Below, in pieces: positions 50,597-60,055 of a stretch of DNA of 64,000 bases (position 1 is the stretch's first letter; every line of letters starts with the position of its first letter). Under the pieces are notes generated by a model. It was not told where the DNA came from and did not search any database. It saw only the letters and a list, made by a program, of their open reading frames with translations. The position numbers and the translations under genes are program-made. The stretch comes from an uncultured archaeon. GTDB taxonomy: Archaea; Thermoproteota; Nitrososphaeria; Nitrososphaerales; Gagatemarchaeaceae. The stretch covers positions 704,001 to 768,000 of the forward strand of contig CAWCYD010000003.1 in assembly GCA_963799775.1 (NCBI GenBank), in the 5' to 3' direction.

Positions 50597-52747
50597 CTAT
50601 ACTAGACGAATAGAGCGTAGACCACTATCGCAGACACGAACACGATGGAGATCGTGTTGATGGACCTTGATCAGCGAGTTGATCGTGGGCCCCGCGGTGT
50701 CCTTGAAAGGGTCTCCCACGGTGTCTCCCATGACGGCAGCTGCGTGAGTGGGTGTCCCCTTGCCCCCCAGGGCGCCGGTCTCGATGTACTTCTTCGCGTT
50801 GTCCCAAGCCGCTCCGCTGTTCGTCATTGTGAAGGCCAGATAGACACCTGCGACCACGCTGCCGATGAGCACCCCTCCGAGCGCAAGCGGTCCTAGCGTG
50901 AAGCCTACGACGAGAGGCGTGAGGACGGCGAGGGTAGCCGGCGCGGCGAGCTCCCTGATGGCTGCCGTGGTGCTGATGTCGACGCACTTTGCATAGTCAG
51001 GCTTGCCCGTCCCTTCCATTATGCCGGGGATCTCCTTGAACTGGCGCCTCACCTCGTTGACCATCTTGATCGCCGCGCGACCGACGGCCTGGATGAGAAA
51101 GCTGGAGAAGTAGAACGGGAGAAGGCTCCCGATGAACAGACCTAGTATCACGTGAGGGTCGCTGAGAGTGAACGAGAGCGTCCCTCCAGGGGCCAACCCG
51201 TACTTGGAGAACAGGTTGTGGAGTGCTATCTGACGGTTGACCTCGTATTGGAAGGCCTCGAAGATCGAGACCGCCGCGAGGGCGGCCGACATGATGGCGA
51301 AGGCCTTCGTCGTGGCCTTCGTCGTGTTCCCTATCGCGTCGAGCTCGTCGGTGACCACCCTGACATTGCCCTCGAGGCCCGCCATCTCGGCGATCCCGTT
51401 GGCGTTGTCGGTGATCGGCCCGAAGGAGTCGATGGACATGATCACTCCCGTGAGAGAGAGCATCGACATGGTCGCGACCGCCGTGCTGTAGACTCCCATG
51501 AGGGAGTTTGAGCCGGAGCCGTAGTAGCCGAGGTAGTAGGAGGCCAGGATCGCGCCGACGAGGACTATCGCGGACGGGAAGTTGCTCTGGAGCCCGGTTG
51601 AGAAGCCCGCCAAGAAGTTGGTGGCCGCCCCTGTCTGGCTCGCCTCGGCGATATGACGGACGGGAGGATAGAGGTACGATGTGAAGTAGTCCGCCACCCT
51701 CTCGATCACGACGACGACCACGACGCCCACGATCGCGCTGCCGAACAAGTAGTAGGACACGGAGCTCCCTCCGAAGAGGGACTGCCCGAAGGCAAAGTCG
51801 ATGACGACGGTGATCACTGCGGCGATCATCAGCGCCGTGTTCAGCGCTGCCATCGGCTTTGCCTTTATCGAGCGCCGGATGTAGAAGCCGCCGACAATCG
51901 AGCCGATGATTCCGGCCACGCCCAGCGTCAAAGGGTAGAGTATGAGCTGATTGGCACCGAGTATCGAGATGATCGAGGCAGGCTTCGCCAGCTGGACGAG
52001 CCCTCCGAGGATTATCGCGGCGATTGCTGTGACCACGAAGGACTCGTAGACGTCGGCGCCCATCCCAGCGCAGTCTCCGACGTTGTCTCCGACGTTGTCG
52101 GCGATTACGGCGGGGTTGCGAGGGTCGTCTTCAGGGATGTTCGCCTCCACCTTGCCGACGAGGTCGGCTCCCACGTCTGCCGCCTTTGTATAGATACCTC
52201 CAGAGACCCTCATGAACATCGCGATGAGCGAGGCGCCGAAGCCTAGCCCGGCCATCGTCGCGGGGTTGGCTGTGATCGTGCCCTGGTACGCGATGTAGAA
52301 CAGTGATATCCCTAGGAGCCCGAATCCGACGACCGCCATTCCCATGACGCTACCGCCCCTGTACGAGACCGTGAGGGCGTCGCCGAGCCCTTTCTTCGCC
52401 GCCTCGGCGGTCCTCGAGCTTGTCCGCACCGTGATCGCCATTCCGACGTAGCCGGCGAATGCGGAGAGCACCGCCCCGAGCACGAATCCCACCGCAATCG
52501 AGCCTCCCGTGGCCAGCGGGATGTCGATGAAGCCGTAGATCGCCACGGCGACGATTATCGCGACCGGGGTGATCACCTTGTACTCCCTCGAGAGGAACGC
52601 GTTGGCTCCCTCCCTGACCGCGCCCGCAATCTCGAGCATCCTGGGGGTGCCCGGGTTCTGCGAGCGGACGTTGAAGATTAGCACGACCGCGTAAACGAGG
52701 GCGACGAGTGCGCCTCCGACGGCCAGGAGACTGTAATCGAGAGCCAT
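50597..52747 (-). CDS. hppA: Membrane H+-translocating pyrophosphatase, K+-independent type
   Basis: GGIYTKAADVGADLVGKVE, DNVGDNVGD, GNTTKA (Lys at the K+-dependence position), GDTVGDPFKDTAGP. Confidence 0.95.
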   Translation of the reverse strand: MALDYSLLAVGGALVALVYAVVLIFNVRSQNPGTPRMLEIAGAVREGANAFLSREYKVITPVAIIVAVAIYGFIDIPLATGGSIAVGFVLGAVLSAFAGYVGMAITVRTSSRTAEAAKKGLGDALTVSYRGGSVMGMAVVGFGLLGISLFYIAYQGTITANPATMAGLGFGASLIAMFMRVSGGIYTKAADVGADLVGKVEANIPEDDPRNPAVIADNVGDNVGDCAGMGADVYESFVVTAIAAIILGGLVQLAKPASIISILGANQLILYPLTLGVAGIIGSIVGGFYIRRSIKAKPMAALNTALMIAAVITVVIDFAFGQSLFGGSSVSYYLFGSAIVGVVVVVVIERVADYFTSYLYPPVRHIAEASQTGAATNFLAGFSTGLQSNFPSAIVLVGAILASYYLGYYGSGSNSLMGVYSTAVATMSMLSLTGVIMSIDSFGPITDNANGIAEMAGLEGNVRVVTDELDAIGNTTKATTKAFAIMSAALAAVSIFEAFQYEVNRQIALHNLFSKYGLAPGGTLSFTLSDPHVILGLFIGSLLPFYFSSFLIQAVGRAAIKMVNEVRRQFKEIPGIMEGTGKPDYAKCVDISTTAAIRELAAPATLAVLTPLVVGFTLGPLALGGVLIGSVVAGVYLAFTMTNSGAAWDNAKKYIETGALGGKGTPTHAAAVMGDTVGDPFKDTAGPTINSLIKVHQHDLHRVRVCDSGLRSIRLV

Positions 52748-52793
52748 TTTATAGAAAACTGACTGCGGGGGTTTTCTCGAACCGGTTATAAGC

Positions 52794-53732
52794 TTAGGGG
52801 CGTTTGCTGCCTTTTGTCATCGCATAGGTCACGACCAAGGGCAGGGCTATCGTCGCGTCGGCGATGAGCGTCGATTTCTTCGCCTTTGGCCTGACCTTCC
52901 CCCACGAGATGGCCTCCTTGACCTGGGCGCCGCTCAGGCTCCCATCGTACTCGGTGGCCGTCGTGATGTAGCACGCGTAGTCCAGTCCTCCCTTGAACTG
53001 GGACCACCAGATCACGTGATGCTTGGAGATTCCTCCGCCGACCACAAGCGCGCCGCTCTTCTTGGCGTCGAAGACGATGTCCGCGAGCCTCTTCTCGTCC
53101 CCTATCACGTCCACCCTAAAGTCGCTCCTCCTGTTAGCGAAAAGCCAGAGCTGCGAGCCCACAGCGCCGTCCATCGGCCCTGGCAAGAAGATGGGCACGT
53201 TCTTCTTCTTCGCCCAGTGAAGGATCGAGTTCTCGTCCGCCAGCTCAGCGAGAGAAGAGCAGAGCTGCTCGGTGGTCATGGTCTTGGCTCCCTCCGCGTA
53301 TCTGCGGTCTAGCCACGGCTGGATCCGCTTCTCGAGCGCGGGGCCGTAGGTCTCCAACGGGACGAGTATGTTGCCCAGCCTGTGGTAGCCCTGCCTCTTG
53401 AGCTTCACGTCGTCTAGGTCGAAGCTGCCGTGGAAGTACGACCCCCAGCTCCGGGCGAGGTCGTGGTCTAGCGTCCCTGAGGCCGTGACTATGACGTCCA
53501 CCATCCCTTCGCGTATCATGTCCACTATCACTCCCCTGGTGCCCGTCGCGACCAGGGCTGCGGGGAAGGAGAGGAACTTGGTGCAGGCGGGGTCGGCGAC
53601 CATGTCGCTCAACACGCCCGCAGCCTCTGCGAGGTGCCTTCCCATGAACCCGCCGGCGGCGCGCATCTGGTCGACCATGGCCACGACGTCGGTCGACGGT
53701 CGGAGATGGACGTCCCTGACCTTCTCTAGCAA
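52794..53732 (-). CDS. dys: Deoxyhypusine synthase
   Basis: RLGNILVP, DGAVGSQ, GGGISKHH, DGSLSGA..KEAISWGK, DATIALP. Confidence 0.95.
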   Translation of the reverse strand: MLEKVRDVHLRPSTDVVAMVDQMRAAGGFMGRHLAEAAGVLSDMVADPACTKFLSFPAALVATGTRGVIVDMIREGMVDVIVTASGTLDHDLARSWGSYFHGSFDLDDVKLKRQGYHRLGNILVPLETYGPALEKRIQPWLDRRYAEGAKTMTTEQLCSSLAELADENSILHWAKKKNVPIFLPGPMDGAVGSQLWLFANRRSDFRVDVIGDEKRLADIVFDAKKSGALVVGGGISKHHVIWWSQFKGGLDYACYITTATEYDGSLSGAQVKEAISWGKVRPKAKKSTLIADATIALPLVVTYAMTKGSKRP

Positions 53733-53899
53733 GGCGAACGCCCTCGCGACTTCGTTCTTGCTTTAAACGGTTCGGGAGCACTTTCAGGCATCTCACCCCC
53801 CTCCGCAACGGCCCGACAGGTGGGAGCGCGGTGCGACCGCTGACCATGGGGTCGGCATAGCCAATCCCGGAGATTACCCCCAGGGCCCTGAGCCCCTTC

Positions 53900-54925
53900 A
53901 TGCTTACTTCGGCATATTCTGTTGACGACGACGCCAGGTGCACGCACTGCTCTGGGAGGATGGTCGACATCGACGAGGAGATGGTCTGCTCCTCGTGCGG
54001 GGGCGTGAGGCCAAAGGAGACCGAGACAGGCTCGGCGGACGCTGTGCGAAGGGCGCACGCGGTAGACTACACGAACCACTCGCTAGGTAGCTTTCTCGGT
54101 CCGATCGACTACGACCGCGACGATGCGCCCGCGAGAGGGCTCTCTGGCTCCTCCTCCACGTTCAGATACCTGAAGACAATCTCTGACTACTCGCAGGTGG
54201 ACGAGGTCGGCGTCTATCCGTGCGCGAAGCTGATCGAGAGGATCTGCGAGAAGCTCTCGCTCCCGGTAGGGGTGATGGGGCAGTCGATATCAGTGGCCAA
54301 GGGCCTCCTGATGATCAGGAAGCAGAGGGTAGGCTACACGATAGCGGCGATCTCCGCCTTCTCGATAATAAGCGCGTGCAGGATCTGCGGCGTCTCGACG
54401 GTAGGGGCGAGGGAGGTCGTCGCAGCCCACAAGGCGCTGGGGCACAATGTCAGGCCATCGATGCTGATCAAGATGGGGTTCGACTCGCCGGTCAAAGCGA
54501 GCGCCATGAGGGCGGAGGAGTACCTGGGCAGGGTCGCGGCCCGCTTCTCCGAGATCCTGCCGCGGCTGCACGCCCCTCCTGGCTACCAATACAGGCTCCT
54601 CCACCTTGCGAGGAGGGCGCTAGCGATGCTGGATTCCTCGGTGAGGGGCGGCCACAACCCGCGCGCGCTCGCAGCGACGAGCTTCTACGCGGCGGAGGTG
54701 GCGATCGCAGAGAGCGAGTCGAGGAAGAGGTTGTTCACCCAGAGGGACATCGCGACATGCATCGAGGCTGCCGAGTACACGGTGAGAGAGCAGTTCTGCG
54801 AGCTCTTCAGACCGCGTTGGGATGAAATCTATGGTGAGCTCAGGCCGATGCTGCAGGCCCAGAGCCAACCACAGTCCAGTCAAAGCTTCCAGTCGCTCCA
54901 GGCACTCCAAGCTCGACCAGCTTGA
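53900..54925 (+). CDS. Divergent transcription initiation factor IIB (TFB) paralogue
   Basis: CTHC..VCSSCG Zn ribbon, IERICEKLSLP cyclin fold, GHNPRALAATSFY, TQRDIA....EYTVR BRE-binding HTH. Confidence 0.85.
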   Translation: MLTSAYSVDDDARCTHCSGRMVDIDEEMVCSSCGGVRPKETETGSADAVRRAHAVDYTNHSLGSFLGPIDYDRDDAPARGLSGSSSTFRYLKTISDYSQVDEVGVYPCAKLIERICEKLSLPVGVMGQSISVAKGLLMIRKQRVGYTIAAISAFSIISACRICGVSTVGAREVVAAHKALGHNVRPSMLIKMGFDSPVKASAMRAEEYLGRVAARFSEILPRLHAPPGYQYRLLHLARRALAMLDSSVRGGHNPRALAATSFYAAEVAIAESESRKRLFTQRDIATCIEAAEYTVREQFCELFRPRWDEIYGELRPMLQAQSQPQSSQSFQSLQALQARPA

Positions 54926-55625
54926 ACCAGTAGCTCGGGGCGCAGACGGCGCCCCAGACCAGGCCTGCGGTGAGAACGAACCCCAGTGCCGACGCCTCAG
55001 TCATCAATCCGGGCAACGTCGCCCCGAAGGCGGCCTGGACCAACGTTGAGTTGCAAGGAGACCTCGAGAGCGCAGAGCCGAGAGCGTCCTGCGCTGACGC
55101 ACAGAGAAGAGCCGCGTCACCGAGGCGCACAGGGACGTTCAAGACGTGGGTCTCATGTCTCTCGAGCAGGACAGACCCTCCGCCCCCGACCTCCCTGATG
55201 GAGAAGGCGACGCGCATGTCGAGCGCTCCCTCCGCGCCTCCCGAGAACGGGGACACCACCGTCAAGTTATCGGCCGCTGGCGAGGACGGCCCGGCGTCTC
55301 CGACGCCTGTGGCATTGGCGACGTACGATGTCCCGGAGTCGTCTCCTGAGGATGAAGACGAGGCCGAGATGGATCCGACGTAGCCCTCGAACTCCCCGCA
55401 GGTGGCCGGGTTCGTCGAGAGGAAGGACTGGGCTTGAGCGAGTACTCCCATCGAGAGGCTTCCCATGAGCGCTTGTTCGAGCACCAGTTCCCTCGTCTCG
55501 ACGCGAGAGAGCTGCGACCCCGCGGCAAGGTTGTCCTGGGCAGAGACGATGGTGGCATCTGCGACGACGAGGAGGCTGAGCAAGACGACCGAGGCCAGCG
55601 TGGCGGCTACTGCCCTTCTAGCCAA
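54840..55625 (-). CDS. Minor pilin/TadG-like secreted protein with class III-like signal
   Basis: TTG at 55625 gives MARRA|VAATLASVVLLSLLVVA, then a Ser/Gly-rich extracellular domain with Cys residues. Confidence 0.5.
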   Translation of the reverse strand: MARRAVAATLASVVLLSLLVVADATIVSAQDNLAAGSQLSRVETRELVLEQALMGSLSMGVLAQAQSFLSTNPATCGEFEGYVGSISASSSSSGDDSGTSYVANATGVGDAGPSSPAADNLTVVSPFSGGAEGALDMRVAFSIREVGGGGSVLLERHETHVLNVPVRLGDAALLCASAQDALGSALSRSPCNSTLVQAAFGATLPGLMTEASALGFVLTAGLVWGAVCAPSYWFKLVELGVPGATGSFDWTVVGSGPAASA

Positions 55626-55972
55626 GCTTGTATCACGACCACGCGGCCGGGCAGGTCCAGCGTCAGGGACGAATGGGGGGCGAACGGAGACGGGGAGGGC
55701 GACCCCTCGCATCCCGCCCCCTGCAACGACACGTCGAAGACAAACGTCGAGTTGCTGGCCTGCAGGCCGCTCGCGCAGAGCGAGGACTCGGTGGAGCTTG
55801 TGAGGAACGGGAGACCGACTTGGCCCAGATAGGCGAGGATCGCCGAGTCCACCCTGGAGTCTGCCGCCGCCTCGACTGCTCCCTCTCTCGCGGCGATGGG
55901 GTTCATCAGGACTATGAGGGTGATGCAGAGCACCGCGTAGCCCGTCCCGACCGCTATGTCGATGAGCTGCAC
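55607..55972 (-). CDS. Minor pilin-like protein
   Basis: MQLIDIAVGTGYAVLCITLIVL N-terminal helix, GAGGTG RBS, small Cys-containing domain. Confidence 0.5.
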   Translation of the reverse strand: MQLIDIAVGTGYAVLCITLIVLMNPIAAREGAVEAAADSRVDSAILAYLGQVGLPFLTSSTESSLCASGLQASNSTFVFDVSLQGAGCEGSPSPSPFAPHSSLTLDLPGRVVVIQAWLEGQ

Positions 55973-55995
55973 CTTAAGCCACCCACCTCATCCAA

Positions 55996-56100
55996 TCAGC
56001 CTGCGAGGGCGAGGTGCGAGATCACGACTGACAGAGCGACGACTGTCAGCAGCGAGAGCATGACCAGAGCGATGCACACTTCCAGGTAGTCCTCAATCAT
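55996..56100 (-). CDS. 34-aa single-helix pilin-like peptide
   Basis: Hand translation MIEDYLEVCIALVMLSLLTVVALSVVISHLALAG. Its start overlaps the upstream gene's end. Confidence 0.45.
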   Translation of the reverse strand: MIEDYLEVCIALVMLSLLTVVALSVVISHLALAG

Positions 56101-56479
56101 CGCGCGCCGGTGCGACTAGCACCTTCCCTCCTTCCAGCGTGAAGTTGTACAGCGGTCCGGGATAGAGCACGCATCGCTCAAGCTCCCATTTCACCTGAGT
56201 CTCAGCTCGGGAGCCACCGAACGAAGCCGTGACTGTTCTCCCAGAGAGCGAGACGGAGAGAGCCACCGCGGGGTAGCTCTCCAGTCTGGCCAGCACGCTG
56301 GTCCCTGCGGTCATCGAGTCGATCGTGCTGCTCAGGCTGAGCGCGACGACCTCTGCAGACCTCTCCTGGGAGGTCGCGTACACGTGATAGACAGGAGGCG
56401 CGAGCAGCAGGAAGAGGCTCATGATGGCGGCGAAGTAGACTGCGTAGGAGACCTGCGAAGAGAGTCCGACGGTCGGCAT
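56093..56479 (-). CDS. Minor pilin-like protein
   Basis: N-terminal hydrophobic helix, amphipathic helix (AEVVALSLSSTIDSM), beta-rich tail; operon position. Confidence 0.5.
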   Translation of the reverse strand: MPTVGLSSQVSYAVYFAAIMSLFLLLAPPVYHVYATSQERSAEVVALSLSSTIDSMTAGTSVLARLESYPAVALSVSLSGRTVTASFGGSRAETQVKWELERCVLYPGPLYNFTLEGGKVLVAPARDD

Positions 56480-56480
56480 C

Positions 56481-56846
56481 CTAGCACTCCACCGTCAGCT
56501 GCAGCGAGGCGGAAGTGGGGAGGAAGTCTAGCGTGCAAGCACCGTCGAGTCCACCGTAGTCGAAGGAGCAAGGAAAGCCCAGCTCGTAGACCCGAGACGC
56601 GCCTCCCAAAGTTACTGAGAGGCTCCCGTCTGAGCACGAGACGGAGGTGTCTTGCAACGGGAGCACCAGTGCCACCTCCCTTCTCTCGATGGAAGAGACC
56701 CTCGCCGCACCAGCGATCTGGTCCGACTTTGAGGACGCCGCCAACTGGTTCAGCCCCGGCAACGCCTCGCTCACGAGCATCACGCTCATCCCGGCCAGGC
56801 CCGCGGAGATGCCGAGGACCAACACGTATTCTATCAGCTCGACCAA
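56481..56846 (-). CDS. Minor pilin/TadE-like protein
   Basis: MVELIEYVLVLGISAGLAG (pilin-like EY motif), four Cys in the C-terminal domain. Confidence 0.55.
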   Translation of the reverse strand: MVELIEYVLVLGISAGLAGMSVMLVSEALPGLNQLAASSKSDQIAGAARVSSIERREVALVLPLQDTSVSCSDGSLSVTLGGASRVYELGFPCSFDYGGLDGACTLDFLPTSASLQLTVEC

Positions 56847-56929
56847 TGGAGATGCACACCAGAGAGCTCGGCCGGAGACTTAAGCGCCCACGCGTTGGCG
56901 CTTTATTATCAGACCGCACTAGGTAGGGG

Positions 56930-58418
56930 TTGATAGGCCGTCTGGAAAGATGTCTGCTGCGTCTCGCGCGCAGAAGAAAGGGACATGCGCCTGCCCGAGG
57001 TCCGCTCCTCGTCGAACTTCTCGAGTCGACCGACGCGGAGCTGGTAGAGTCGTATCCAAACGGGCTCTTCAGGTCCGAGATCAGGAAGGGAGAGGGAGGG
57101 ACGCTGTACGACCTCGTGCCTTGTTTGGGCGCGGAGAACCTCTCCCTCCTAAGGACGGCTGTGGCGAGGATAAGCGAGACGCTCTCTCCTGAGCAGGTCA
57201 AGCCGTTGGACTTCACGCGCCTTGTCGAGGTGCTCGGACAGATGGCAGCTCGGGAGCTCTCGCGGATACGAGACCTCTCACTCGTCAGGGAGCTCTCTCG
57301 GTTGGCTGCGTTCGAGGCAGTGGGACTGACCACCTTGTACGCCCTGTCGAGAGACAGGAACGTCCAGGAGTTCTACCTTGACTCCCCGACCACCCCGGTC
57401 TATCTCGACCACGCGAAGTTCGGGAGGTGCGAGACGAGGATATTCTTCACAGAGAGGGAGAGGAAGGCCATCGAGACCCACATGGACACCTTCAAGGGGT
57501 ACACGCTCGACTACGCCAACCCCTCGCTGAAGAACGAGTTCGAGGTCTTCGGGACAAGGCTCCGCATCTCGTTGGACCTGGAACCGCTCGCTGTGAGCGG
57601 ATTCTCCCTCGACGTACGCAAGCTGACGTCCAACGTGATGACGATAAGGGACCTGATCGGCATCGACGTCCTCTCTGTCGAAGCGGCGGCCTTCCTGCTT
57701 GCCGCCTTGGAGGCGGGGGTCAACGTGACGATCGTCGGGGAGACGGGGACCGGGAAGACGACGCTGTTGAACGCCCTCGACGAGTCGCTCGACCCGAGGC
57801 TTCGGAGGATATACGTCGAGGACGCGGTCGAGACGAATGGACCTGCTGGAGCGGGGGTATCATCAGATGAAGCTACGAGTCGACCCGTTCGAGAGGGGCG
57901 ACGAGGCCCAGAGGACCAAGTCGGCCGAGATAACGAAGATCCTGCACAGATCACCGGACCTTCTGGTGCTCGGTGAGATTCAGTCCGAGGAGCACAGCAG
58001 GGCGTTCTTCCAGGCTCTCGCGGCAGGCGTCCGGGGACTGCAGACGTTCCATTCCTCCTCGCCGGAGCAGGCCATCAGAAGATGGCTGGAGCTGCACGGC
58101 GTCTCGAAGGCCAACCTCGCCGACCTCGGGGTCATAGTCCAGATGCAGCGACCCCAAAGGCTCTCCTCTCGGAGGTGCGTCCAGAGCATCTCGACGTTGG
58201 GGCGAACCCCTTTCAGCGACCCGGGCGAGGCGAGGGCAGAGCCGGCCCTCAACAGGTTGTTCGTGAGGGCGACAGGATGTCCCCTTGTGAGGACGGCATC
58301 TTGGGAGCAGATGGACCTTGCGACGGTCGCCATCCCACTAGAAGAGTTCTTGCGGGCGGTCGAGACGAAGATCGAGAGCATCGGTGAGATGAGGGCGGAG
58401 AGGGCGGCGCTCGATTGA
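56930..58418 (+). CDS. Type IV pilus/Tad secretion ATPase (VirB11/CpaF family; frameshift near 57837)
   Basis: Walker A GETGTGKTT, Asp box VEDAVE, Walker B LLVLGEI, His box TFHS. Confidence 0.88.
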
Positions 58419-59125
58419 GAGTGGAGTCGTGGGAGAGGCTCGGCCTCGACAGCGGCAGGTTCCTCTTCCTCTCCCTGGTCGTCGCGGCGGCGCTCCTCGG
58501 CGTGGTGCTCATCGTTGGAGAGGAGCTGCATCTTGGTGCGGTCTCGTTCGTCCTTGCCACGGTGGCGGCGGGCTGCTCCTGCTATCTCGTCTCTTCGTCG
58601 CCGAGGAGGAAGATGAGGCTGGCCGCGTTCCGGCAGGCTTCGGAGTCGCCCTCGCTGGCTGCCTCTTCGAACATCTATCTGAGGTCGACTGGCTCCAGGA
58701 GCAAGACGCTCCTGAACCTTGCCGCCGAAGAGTCGATGCTAGGCACCTTCCTCGCAGACGTGAGAAGGATGACCCTGTTAGGCTACGACGCGACATCAGC
58801 CATCGAGGCGTCACGGCCCGAGGACCATGTCTTCTCAGAGTCGGCGAGGACCGTCCTCAACGCGGTTGTCAGACTGGACCCTGCCAGGGTGGACGAGGGG
58901 GGCGAGGAGCTTGATGGGATCCTGAGTTCGGGCGGCCTGGACCAGGAGACCAAGCTGCCGCTCTTGGTCGCGGTCTCATTCTTCCTCCCCATCATGCTCA
59001 TGCTCTTCGCCGCGACGACCAAGCAGACCGGCCCGGTGGCGATGGTCGCCCTCCTCTTGCTCGAGGTCATCATCCTTGACATGACCCTCGCCCTCTCCAG
59101 CGAGACCGTCGGATGGGGGGCGTAG
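58415..59125 (+). CDS. TadB/TadC-like membrane platform protein
   Basis: Two N-terminal TMs, soluble helical region, FFLPIMLML TM pair; overlaps the ATPase stop. Confidence 0.65.
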   Translation: MRVESWERLGLDSGRFLFLSLVVAAALLGVVLIVGEELHLGAVSFVLATVAAGCSCYLVSSSPRRKMRLAAFRQASESPSLAASSNIYLRSTGSRSKTLLNLAAEESMLGTFLADVRRMTLLGYDATSAIEASRPEDHVFSESARTVLNAVVRLDPARVDEGGEELDGILSSGGLDQETKLPLLVAVSFFLPIMLMLFAATTKQTGPVAMVALLLLEVIILDMTLALSSETVGWGA

Positions 59126-59134
59126 AGACGCGTC

Positions 59135-59791
59135 TTGACTGACAAGAAGAGCGCACGCGGGACGGGCGCGGAGCTGGAGCTCGTCAGGCGACTGCGGGCG
59201 GTTCTCAAGCGGACTTCGGGGGGCATGGGGGTCGCGGCCGCTTTCGTCGGCGTCTTCTCGGGCTCACGGAACACCGGAGAACGCGAGGCGGTAAGGAGGA
59301 TCCTTCTCGGGACCCCCGTGGAGGCAGCCTCTACATCTCTCACTAGGCAGAGCGGCACTTCGGGAGAGCTCCTGGGCTTCATCGCGACCATGTCAAGGTT
59401 CAGCTCGACGGACGCCGGCAAGGGAGCCGAGAAGCTTGCAACGATGTTCGACAGATGGACCCTCATGAAGGAGAAGCAAGCTGCGGAAGAGAAGGTCATG
59501 GCCTTCCGCGGGCTTGTCATCTCCGTGGTCGCGGGAGTGGTCGTTGGGATGCTCGGAAGCCTCGCTCCAGTGCTCTCGACATTCCAGATCTCACTCGGGG
59601 CGGCGACCACCCCGCAGCCCGTCGGGTTCTCTCCCTACGAGGGGGCGATCTTCCTGATCCCCAGCGCGGTCTGCCTCGGGTGTTTCCTCTCGAAGCGGCG
59701 GCCCTACGTGAACGTCCTTCTCTCTCTCGCCGCGTTCGCGGGCGTGGTCTACCTGATGGGGCCGATGACCTCTTTCACGCTCGGTCCTTGA
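59135..59791 (+). CDS. Second TadB/TadC-like membrane platform protein
   Basis: RRILLGTPVEAA T2SSF-like helix, three C-terminal TMs. Confidence 0.65.
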   Translation: MTDKKSARGTGAELELVRRLRAVLKRTSGGMGVAAAFVGVFSGSRNTGEREAVRRILLGTPVEAASTSLTRQSGTSGELLGFIATMSRFSSTDAGKGAEKLATMFDRWTLMKEKQAAEEKVMAFRGLVISVVAGVVVGMLGSLAPVLSTFQISLGAATTPQPVGFSPYEGAIFLIPSAVCLGCFLSKRRPYVNVLLSLAAFAGVVYLMGPMTSFTLGP

Positions 59792-59807
59792 GCCAGACTG
59801 ATGGGAG

Positions 59808-59816
59808 GTTAAATAT
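59808..59816 (+). promoter_or_regulatory. TATA box upstream of pilin gene
   Basis: GTTAAATAT about 25 nt before ATG 59837, as seen at other gene starts in this window. Confidence 0.55.
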
Positions 59817-59836
59817 CGTCACGGACTAGGAGAGCA

Positions 59837-60055
59837 ATGATAATCGAAAGAATTTTCCCGACCCTCGGGAAGAAGAGAAGAGCCGCGCAGCTCATCGAAG
59901 AGGCGCTGCTCCTCTCGGTCGCGCTCGTGGCGCTGTCTCTCCTTGTCGGCGGGGTCGACTCGATCCTGAAGCAAGCGGGGAACATGACGTCCAACATCTG
60001 GAACTCGATATCTTCGAGCCTCAGCGACGTGTTCGGTTCAGCGTTCCACTGGTGA
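59837..60055 (+). CDS. Flp-like major pilin with class III signal peptide
   Basis: GKKRRA|AQLIE (Glu at +5), then a hydrophobic helix and a short amphipathic tail; 72 aa. Confidence 0.75.
   Translation: MIIERIFPTLGKKRRAAQLIEEALLLSVALVALSLLVGGVDSILKQAGNMTSNIWNSISSSLSDVFGSAFHW

Noticed and set aside
4580-58418. Numerous frameshifts in purB, folD, purF, purL, purQ, sucC, aspS, cdvB, ileS, hppA, the Tad ATPase and others, read as pseudogenes or programmed frameshifting
   Set aside because: They hit essential single-copy genes at scattered positions while catalytic motifs stay intact, and I saw no shared slippery site. Uncorrected long-read indels are the simplest explanation.
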